DNA from: Catajapyx aquilonaris
Taxonomy: Eukaryota
NCBI GenBank assembly: GCA_000934665.2
Contig: JYFJ02000741.1
Span: 1-64,000, forward strand
Direction of reading: 5' to 3'
DNA: 64,000 nt
Numbering within the stretch: position 1 is the first letter of the stretch; every line of letters begins with the position of its first letter. The translations under genes were made by a program, and so were the position numbers. Positions 22,801-30,943 of the stretch are shown here, piece by piece. The notes under the pieces were generated by a model, which saw nothing but the letters and a program-made list of their open reading frames with translations, made no database searches and was not told the DNA's origin.

Positions 22801-25800
22801 ATCACCGACAGCTCACATAACATACAGGTGAGTCTCTGGTTGTTACGTTCTTATCTCTCTCTGGTCCACACTATTAAAACACTATAATGTAAAGGGTACA
22901 TGGCATGTGATGCACCATCACCTTTTGAATTGTTTTGATTTAAGATTGATTTTTAATTACATTTCAGTACGTAAATCGGTCTTGGGAGAAGCTACTTGGC
23001 TACTCTAGAGACGAAGTGATAGGCAAGAACGTCCAGGAGCTTCACCATATGAAGACAGAAGGCCTGGATACAGTAGTCCAGCAGCTGAACAAAGGCAAAG
23101 AGTGGGAAGGCATCTTCACCTGTCGGCGTCGACCCGGAGACCTTTTGCCACTTTTCTGCTGGATCGTTCCATCATTCACCACAACCAGGTTGGAAAACCC
23201 CCCCAATTTTTTCCCTCTATGTCTCTAGCTTGTCTAGATAGAAGAAAAAAAGGTGGTGGAAGGAGGGAGCTTTTAGAGAAGCTGAAACCACTTTCATTTC
23301 CTACAAAGCTCCAGCTCGAGTCGCGGGATCGCAAATCAATTCGTGTACATCAAAGAGCCGCCGCCTTTTGTGGTGGAGAAATCAACGTTGGCTGAAATGG
23401 GACAGAACGACCTGTATCCTTTGCCTCGAGGAAGTCTCCGGTCGCTAAGGAAACCGTCCTACGACATCAAGTCATTAAGCAGCGATGGTAAATCAAATTA
23501 CTTTGCTTTTTTTTGTTCACATCCTAATAAAATGAAACAGCAGAATTTATTATTCGGACTTGCAAAACTGTAATTATTTTAAGCATATTTTAATTAGTAC
23601 AGTCGTGAGTCATATAATTATCACAGAGTGCTATTGGCTGCTGTGAGGAATTCCGGCCTGCCATTGGCTTCGGTGCGTAATCCCAGCCTGCCATTGGCTG
23701 CTGTGAGGACCACAGCTATAATATGCAAGTCCGAAAGCCGCTTGTCCAACTCTTGGCGTTGAAAATACGGATAGTTATACCCCTAGGTTCGTTTTCGATC
23801 ATCCGGAGACAAAGCCTGGCCAAGATCCACTCGCTGACCATCGAGGCTCCGATCACCAAAGTGATCAACATAATATCAGCGGCCCAGGAGAACTCGCCCA
23901 TATACGTAGCCCAGGCCCTGGACAAAGTAAGACAATTTGGCGCTCACTTTTTCAGAATTTTGCGAAAGGACCGATCAGGTGGAGTTGTCATTGGCAGGTG
24001 TTGGAAATACTCCGGACGACAGAGCTCTACTCTCCGCAGTTATTCGAAGGCAAGGGCAAGTCTGAGGACCCCATGACCACAGACCTTCTTGGAGCCTTGC
24101 TCTCGGTGCGGAAAACACATTCTTCGACTAAATGTGCTCAAAGTGATGTATAATATTTTATTTATTTTTTTAAACAGCAAGGGCCTAAGCCGATCACCAC
24201 CAACAGGCGGAGCTCGAACGAGAACGCGATAAAGTCCCACCAGCCTGTGGCCCGTCCTTCCCTGCCAAACATCAACAATGCACCTATCCAGATCAGACAA
24301 TTGTTGGAGAGCGAGGCCAGCTGGGACTTTGACATCATGCAGCTGGAGGAGCTCACCGGAAAGAGGTCTCTCATCTGTTTACATCCTTTAAGAGCCAAGG
24401 GGGCAATTATATTGCCCCGTAATGAATTAGCCCAGTGTTTTCCTCCAACGTTGCGTTTATTGCTTCAGGCTCTGCTTGTAATTTAAAATGAAAAGGGTGC
24501 CCATTACACATTATTGCGCCCCAGAACACTTTTGTTGCTAATTAAAATTGACGGTGTCCGCGACACATGAGGGTGCGATACGGTAGCTTCCAAGATGGCG
24601 GCGCCCATTGAAACCGAGCACGTTTGCAGCTCCAGCAAAAATGTCCCGTTTTCTGGTAATTTTGATGGTAAATCGAGGTTTAAATGTGTCTAGAAGACAC
24701 AGAGAGGCTAGGTTCGTACATGTGGGCACAGTTTGATATGAACATCTACTTGCATGTAAAGCCCTGCTTAGACATTATTACATGGATATGCTGTTGTACT
24801 GACATTATGTGCATATTTTAGGACTTTGGTGTGGTTGGGGATGGCTACGATGGTGCGGTGTGGGGTCCCACGGGTGCTGGGATGCGACGAGACAACGCTG
24901 CAGAACTGGCTGACGTTGATCGAGGCCAACTACCACTCGTCCAACACTTACCACAACTCGACGCATGCGGCGGATGTGATGCAGGCCACGGCGTACTTCC
25001 TGGAAAAGGAGAGGCTCAAGCAAATATTGGATCCACTGGACGAGGCCTGCTGTCTCATCGCTGCTGCCGTGCACGACGTGGATCATCCGGGGAAGACCAG
25101 CGCATTCCTGGTGAATTCTGGGAACGAGCTGGCCATCCTCTACAATGACCTTAGTGTGTTGGAGTCGCATCACTCGGCCCTAAGCTTCAAGCTGACCTCC
25201 TCCGATGAGCGAGTCAACATTTTCAAAGGTGTGGCCATCTTCTTAGATCACGCAAGGCACAATTGCAAAGTACAGATTGCTAAATTGGGATCACCTGCAA
25301 GTACCACACAGCTCGTTTGCTGCACATTTGCATCGCAGAGTCTGCAGACCACGAGGTTGATTAATAGCCAGTATTTCTTGCTTCCGCAGGGTTGGATCGT
25401 GAGACACACAAGGTGGTTCGGCAAAGTATTGTGGACATGGTGCTGGCCACTGAGATGACCAAGCATTTTGAGCACTTGTCCAAGTTTGTGAATATTTGCA
25501 CCAAGACGGCACTGAGGGAAGAGGATGAAGGGGCAGGAGAAGTGAGCCACTTTGCATCGTTGAAGGTGGTGGAGGGTGCAACTAACATTCCCCATTTCCC
25601 AGGCCTTTGATCTGCTAAATCAAATTGGGTCTAGTTTTAGTATTAGTCTAGTATTAGTAAGGTTTTTAATGATAGCAAGTTATTTTGCGTATGTTTAGAA
25701 AGTTTTACTTTTTTGTTCGTTGGGTGACGTCATTAAAGTATGTGGCCCAATTTGATTTTGTAAGTTAAGGGTATCCTTGGTGTGCTTATATTTTAGAAGC

Positions 25801-28800
25801 AATTTAAAAATTTACCTGCAATGTAGTGGTGATGGATTGAATGAAATTTTGCAACTTTTCATAGTTGCATAGTGATGCACAGTGATGAAGCCAGTCACTG
25901 GTTTAAATATTTGGAGTAACAGTTAACAAGAGAAAACTTTCTGAAAAAGTTCACTCACCACTTCATTATGGGCAAATTTTTCTATTCCCTCTTCTACTTA
26001 CAATGGAGCTGTCCATCAGACCTAAAAGGAAAAGGCATCTTATACCTGAGAATTTCTTAAAGCATTTCTGGATTTTCTCAGGAGCACTCAGAACTCATTT
26101 GCAACTTTGCGAAATTAAACATGGAAATTTCAAAAGTTTGAAATTACAGTCTACTTGGCTTATATTAACTTGCTGCTTTTTTGTACTCCATTATAACTAT
26201 GACAAGTGCTTGGAACGGAACTGAATTCCCTGTGCTTTTCAGCTTTCCTAATTGTTTCTTGTATTTTGTTAACGCTTAGTGGAGTGCTGTCTAATGATTG
26301 TAAATGCATGTTGTCATATTACAATAACAGTGTCCCAAGTTGTTTTTTAAAGTCTGGTCCTTGTCCGTAAAAGATATGTGTTTATAACGTGATGGAGCAA
26401 AGTCATTGCTCTTGTGAAAGTGAATTGGCACTAAGGCTCATTACCACATTTTAATGAGTGCCTGTGGGACACTTGTATCCAGCTGTGATACGTAACAGCT
26501 TGGTTCTTTGAACATCACAGTATGGCACAACTGTATTCAGTCTCAAAACTTCATAACTTTGTAAATTAGAGGGCCAATGTTCTGTCCATTTTTATGAATC
26601 TAATTTTTTTCCTTCCATAGAGCACCAAGGACATGGTGGATGTAACACTTTTGGCAACTCCTGAAAACATCGTGCTTGTGAAACGCATGCTGATCAAGTG
26701 TGCCGATGTATCCAACCCAACCAGGCCTCTGGAGCTGTGCACAGAGTGGGCACATCGCATTGCAGAAGAGTACTGCTCTCAAGTAATTTTAGTGAAATTT
26801 TCAGAGATTTCACAATCTAACTGACCGCCTCTTGCAGACGGACGAGGAGAAGACAAAAGGGCTTCCGATAGTGATGCCAATGTTTGACAAGGCCACTTAC
26901 TCCATTGCTAAGTCGCAGATTGGTTTCGTTGACTACTTCATCAGTGATATGTTTGACGCTTGGGATGGTAAGAATGAAATGATCAAATGTTTATATTGCA
27001 GATTTGGGGCCTTTTTGTTACAACTTGTAACAATTATGGTGGTTTTGAATAGTTACCTGATAGGGGAGAGTCATTGAGTGAAAGTAAATTGATTCAAGTT
27101 CCCACAAAGAAATCATTATTAATGTTATTTCAGACCATGGGTTATGCCACTACTTGGAACACATTGTATAAGTGCATTGTTCAATACCAATGGAATTTCC
27201 CTGAGATTTAGGAAAAAATATATTCGTATGCAGGGCAACCAATATTAAGTGAAATAACTTCTTATTGGAAAATAACATTCTTCCGAAGCAAATTTATATT
27301 TAGCTACATGCTCTGGGTTTTTTTCTGGATGTATTGCATGTGGCTGCCTCCTTTTACATGGTAGGTGTACCAACGCTACGCAATCTCAAACCATACACTC
27401 TGTGGAGGATCTCATTCCATGCTTTATCCTGCATAAATGACTTCCACTTTCCCTAATATGCAACATTTCAATTATATTCATTTTTATTTCGTTGTTGCCT
27501 CACCGTAAGCAAATAATAAAGATGTTTTACGGGTAGCAGTACATACAGTGGTAGCATTTTAAAATGTTTACGTGTACTTTTTCGTTGAATTTTTTGGCCT
27601 AGCGCTACGGTACTGTTCACTACATATCTCAGGTTTTTGTTGAAATGTCCTATCAAGGGGATGGTGTCTACTCAGGGGAATCAGTAACGCTTGCGAGGCT
27701 GGAACATGGAACTAAATACTACAGCAGAGTGGCCCACACAACCTGACAGATGCGGAACAATGTTACATTTTATTGAATTGATGTCAGGTTTTTCTTTATG
27801 CAAAGTTGTGGAATTAGAAAATCCAGCATGCTGAGGTACCTGTCAGGGAGGGTTCAGATTTTAAAAAATAAGACATGAAACGATATGTTTGACAGGAAAT
27901 TTGGTACAGTTGGCATAACTCCTGAATGAGATGTGCTGGCCACATGCAACACCTTCACATAAAAACCTGGAGTATGTACAGTGCTGGACATTAATTCCGT
28001 TGTGTGGCTAGCGACATTTCCCGATGCGGCAGAAATGCCAATGGAAGTGATAGAGTGTGAGCCGTGCATGTAAGAAGTAGGGCTTGGGTGACTCAGTGAC
28101 TGGGAACAAGCTCCATTGCCCCCCAGCCATTGACGTTATCCAAGGCCTGCCATTTCTTACTCGCATGGGTCGCACTCTTATCACTTCGACTTGCACTTCT
28201 GCCGCATCGGAAAATGTCACTAGCAGTATGACGGAATTAATGTGTAGCACTGAACTGTACATAGCTGTAATAATTGTTTCAGGTGAACGTCAGTTTCTAA
28301 TCAAATGTTATTTCATTTCGTAATTGGATACTAATTTTTGCAGAAACCACAGCTTGGGATCACTGAAATAATCATACTAATCCAAAACTATCCTACAAGG
28401 TTGGAAGCCAATAGTTCACTATTGTCTGAACTAACTGTGTATTATGTCACACCATATTATCCTGGTTCTTACTTTTTAAAAACCTGTGGCATAAATGAGT
28501 TATGTAGAAAAAAAAATGCATGTGCAATGTTGGAAGTGAAAACTCGAAGCCATTGGCATCACACATTGAAGAATGACAAACTAGGATTAATGGACCATAT
28601 GTGTCGGGTGCACTTGGGATCAGTAGTACCAACATGATGTGGGAATATCAGTGGCATTTCAACTTTCACTGACTTATACAACACATAGTATATTTCAGTT
28701 GACAAGATGTCAATGGGTTCCTGTTGTACTGGATATGTTAGAATTCAGAATAATACTGTCTAATCTCTTCCATCTACTGCTGCTTGACCACTCCAGTACT

Positions 28801-30575
28801 GTAGTAAGGCAGCTATTTGTAAACTGGGGAGAGTTGGGAACATTTCCTTTGCTTTTGATGCATTCTGGTCAATTGGTAATTGCTGCCGTAAGAGTCTGTA
28901 TGCTACAGTCATTTAAGCCAAAGAATGACCCCAGCCATGTTTTCTGATCATGCACAGTAGTGTGCTTGCAGACTGATTTGGGGACATGAGAGGAGGAAAG
29001 AGCTGGGTGGAGGCAGGCTGAACGTGACGTCATGTCACTATTCTTTGGCTTATAGGACTGTATCTGCAACAGTCACCTAAATTTAAAAGTAATAAAATTT
29101 CTGTTTTGGCACTTGTGTAGTGTCAGGCTACCTGCTAGTCCTCCACACAATGATGCCAAGGTCTTAATGAAAGGTTACACTTTACAATGTCATATTATGT
29201 ATGGCCAGAAAGTCAGTGTATATTCAATATTATGGGGATTATTTTTTCACAGTGTTACTGTTTTTAAAATATTGCAGACTGACCTTGCAAACATATCATT
29301 TCAGGTAAACAGTATACCATGCAAAAGATATAGCTAACATCAGGAATTACCATGCTAATATTATATGCAAGAATGTTTGCCCAAGCTTTTGTGAATGAAA
29401 TTTTTAAGGACCATAGTGATGATGATGCTCCTTGTCATGATGGCAATGCATTACATACCTTCATAATCATAGTGATATAGAGAGTCACATTGACCTGCCC
29501 CTAGATGCAGTTAATAGCACATGACACCTTTTTGTAGGCAGATTGCCTAAAAGATGGACCTGCATTCCCACATTGATTGTGTTTGGAGCAGCATATGAGT
29601 GATAATGGTTAACTGCAAATGAGGCAACATTACAAAACGTCATGTTCTAGTCAAAATGATGCTCTTATCCTAATAATATATAGGAACCACTGCAGGTGTG
29701 TGAGTCCATCTGTCAAGCGATATTCCTACGAAGCGGTTATGTTTTGACAACTATGTCTAAGGGTAGACAAATGCGTCATGGAATTACCAGTTGGTCTTTT
29801 GACATTTTTCCCTGTACATATTTTTGTACGTTTAAGACAAATGATTACAATTCTGGCTGGATGACCCCCTGTAAGGCACACCTTGTAGAGTGGCATCAAT
29901 CTATTCTGTAAAAATTTTCTGGCATGAACCAGCTTCTGGCTTGTAGAACTATGATAATTATAAACTAGGAAAAAGGTATGTACAGGAAATGTGGCTAAAT
30001 TGTGTTATTACCAATTAGTCACTAACTTGTACATTGGATTCATGGGCAGATTTTGAGGAATATGAGTACATGTGAGCATACTTGGCAAGTGATTCCTTGA
30101 GAGTTGTTGCAACTGACACTGTTAATAGAGAATTAATTCCACAACACCTGTGTTTTAACTAACAGATGTAAATGTGCTGCCCATTTCTAATTTAAACAGG
30201 TATTGTCATATTCAACAAAAACACACAGAAAATTATATCTTCCTTCTATACAATGCAACTTTTTTTGCAATAGGCAACTTTCTTCTAGAGTGTGGTGGGT
30301 CTGCTCTGAGCACATTTCACTGCAGACTTAAATGGCAAGTGACTGTCACAGAAAGATCCGAGAAACCTGAATAAATAGTTTTGCAACTTATAGTCAGAGG
30401 TCATCCATAACATTCATGCCACTCCCACTGACTTGAGTTATTATTTGACAGCAGTGTTTCTAATTTGCTGTTCATTCCTGTAGTGTTTGCAGACATTCCC
30501 GAGCTGTTGGACCACATGAAGTGCAATTACCAGTACTGGAAGGAACTGGATCTGCAAAAGTCCGAAGCAAAATAA
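7674..30575 (+). CDS. PDE8: cAMP-specific phosphodiesterase 8 (REC-PAS-PDEase), 17 coding exons, about 838 aa
   Basis: Exons 7674-7806, 18474-18550, 19330-19386, 21049-21239, 21398-21457, 21526-21583, 22660-22827, 22968-23188, 23315-23487, 23787-23926, 23998-24105, 24178-24365, 24822-25228, 25390-25541, 26621-26782, 26838-26967, 30484-30575. All introns are GT-AG, phases are consistent, total 2517 nt. PDE8 motifs: [63 protein letters not shown]. Confidence 0.95.
15899..15914 (+). CDS. PDE8: Candidate alternative first coding exon of PDE8 (MVDVT)
   Basis: GAC ATG G context. The phase-1 donor CAG|GTGGGT is compatible with exon 2. Upstream ATTGG at 15755 and TATATTAA at 15787. Confidence 0.45.
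17896..17955 (-). mobile_element. Probable 3' terminal remnant of a non-LTR retrotransposon (stem-loop plus microsatellite tail)
   Basis: The minus strand reads GACGCA...TGCGCC (stem), then ATAAAAAGT and an (AATC)4 tail. This resembles the 3' ends of I-group LINEs. Confidence 0.45.
18474..18550 (+). CDS. PDE8: PDE8 coding exon 2 ([26 protein letters not shown])
   Basis: Acceptor TTTTGCATTTCAG and donor GTGAGA. It is phase 1 in and phase 0 out, exactly bridging exons 1 and 3. No recognisable homology. Confidence 0.7.
19330..19386 (+). CDS. PDE8: PDE8 coding exon 3 ([19 protein letters not shown])
   Basis: Similar to PDE8 AEVRIGPMRL preceding the REC domain. Acceptor TTTCAG, donor AAG|GTAAAT. 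Confidence 0.88.
21049..21239 (+). CDS. PDE8: PDE8 exon 4, REC domain ([12 protein letters not shown]...VILIDCRH...ALCR)
   Basis: Matches the PDE8 REC pattern LLIFAKEDSQS...IIVIDHR. CACAG acceptor, phase-2 donor. Confidence 0.93.
21398..21457 (+). CDS. PDE8: PDE8 exon 5, REC domain ([19 protein letters not shown])
   Basis: Matches PDE8 SIR...TVILAVV. CTGCAG acceptor, GTGAGG donor. Confidence 0.9.
21526..21583 (+). CDS. PDE8: PDE8 exon 6, REC domain ([19 protein letters not shown])
   Basis: Matches PDE8 LPLLHAGFNR. CACAG acceptor, GTAAAT donor. Confidence 0.92.
22194..22316 (+). CDS. PDE8: Candidate alternative first coding exon of PDE8 in intron 6 ([41 protein letters not shown])
   Basis: 41 codons ending at a phase-0 GTATGT donor, compatible with the phase-0 exon 7 acceptor. 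Confidence 0.5.
22660..22827 (+). CDS. PDE8: PDE8 exon 7, REC end and PAS start (CFVETGN...[21 protein letters not shown])
   Basis: Matches PDE8 NELIQIEHGEV...FTALDHC...ITSDDHVIQ. CAG|GTGAGT donor. Confidence 0.93.
22968..23188 (+). CDS. PDE8: PDE8 exon 8, PAS domain ([20 protein letters not shown]...KGKEWEG)
   Basis: Canonical PAS motif YVN..E...GY...E..G. TTTCAG acceptor. The donor AG|GTTGGA is weak. Confidence 0.9.
23315..23487 (+). CDS. PDE8: PDE8 exon 9, PAS end and linker (..[10 protein letters not shown]...[13 protein letters not shown])
   Basis: In frame with flanking exons; donor G|GTAAAT. The 5' boundary is ambiguous among 23309, 23315 and 23321. Confidence 0.82.
23631..23709. repeat. 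30-bp-period tandem repeat, each unit carrying an inverted CCAAT box
   Basis: ATTGG at 23633, 23663 and 23693. Units share (GCCTGC)CATTGGCT and CTGTGAGGA. Confidence 0.8.
23787..23926 (+). CDS. PDE8: PDE8 exon 10 ([32 protein letters not shown]...ALDK)
   Basis: Hallmark PDE8 linker [19 protein letters not shown] donor. Confidence 0.95.
23998..24105 (+). CDS. PDE8: PDE8 exon 11 ([15 protein letters not shown]...DLLGALLS)
   Basis: [14 protein letters not shown] is a conserved PDE8 motif. 108 nt, phase 0 at both ends. Confidence 0.94.
24178..24365 (+). CDS. PDE8: PDE8 exon 12 ([15 protein letters not shown]...[15 protein letters not shown])
   Basis: WDFDI..LE marks the start of the catalytic domain. 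Strong T-rich acceptor; atypical donor AG|GTCTCT. Confidence 0.9.
24822..25228 (+). CDS. PDE8: PDE8 exon 13, catalytic core ([29 protein letters not shown])
   Basis: Class I PDE metal-binding motifs. Confidence 0.97.
25390..25541 (+). CDS. PDE8: PDE8 exon 14 ([32 protein letters not shown]...)
   Basis: [14 protein letters not shown] is PDE8-typical. GTGAGC donor. Confidence 0.95.
26621..26782 (+). CDS. PDE8: PDE8 exon 15 (..[16 protein letters not shown]...IAEEYCSQ)
   Basis: KCADVSNP catalytic motif. Confidence 0.95.
26838..26967 (+). CDS. PDE8: PDE8 exon 16 ([17 protein letters not shown]...[18 protein letters not shown])
   Basis: Contains the invariant purine-binding Gln. Preceded by a 55-nt intron. 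Confidence 0.95.
27979..28252. mobile_element. Foldback/palindromic MITE-like element (about 274 bp) in the last PDE8 intron
   Basis: Left arm CAGTGCTGGACATTAATTCCGT...GACATTTCCCGATGCGGCAGAA... matches the reverse complement of the right arm (CAGTGCTACACATTAATTCCGT...GACATTTTCCGATGCGGCAGAA...) over about 130 nt. TA precedes the left CAGT end. Confidence 0.8.
30484..30575 (+). CDS. PDE8: PDE8 terminal coding exon 17 ([30 protein letters not shown])
   Basis: Matches the PDE8 C-terminal helix pattern P.L..H...NY.YWK. Phase-1 acceptor CCTGTAG; TAA at 30573-30575. Confidence 0.93.
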
Positions 30576-30870
30576 GTGAACCAGTGAGAAAGAGAAGAAA
30601 AAAAAGAGAAGGACCTGTGTTTTTGTTACCATCTTCCTACAGTGGTGTGTAATGTTTTCTGTGACACAAGATATTGTTTGTCCCGTTTGTTCATAGGCTA
30701 CAGACTTCCATAGAAAAAGGACAAAAAATGGATGAGTGTGTAAGTGTGAATGCTCTATTTCGTAGCTAGAAACACTTTTTCACAAACACTCTTTTCAAGC
30801 CATAGTCAACTCACTTTGAGTCAAATCCTTTCTGTAAAAAAAAGTACAAAGTGAAATTATTCTTACAGGA

Positions 30871-30871
<1 letters not shown>

Positions 30872-30943
<72 letters not shown>
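30872..30943. repeat. (ATT)24 microsatellite in the probable PDE8 3'UTR
   Basis: 72 nt of perfect ATT units. Confidence 0.97.

Noticed and set aside
24805..25595. Antisense and alternative-frame ORFs over the catalytic exons
   Set aside because: Shadows of the GC3-rich PDE8 coding sequence.
27882..27904. GATATGTTTGA resembling the 5' end of miR-190
   Set aside because: The match stops after 11 nt and no precursor hairpin is evident.
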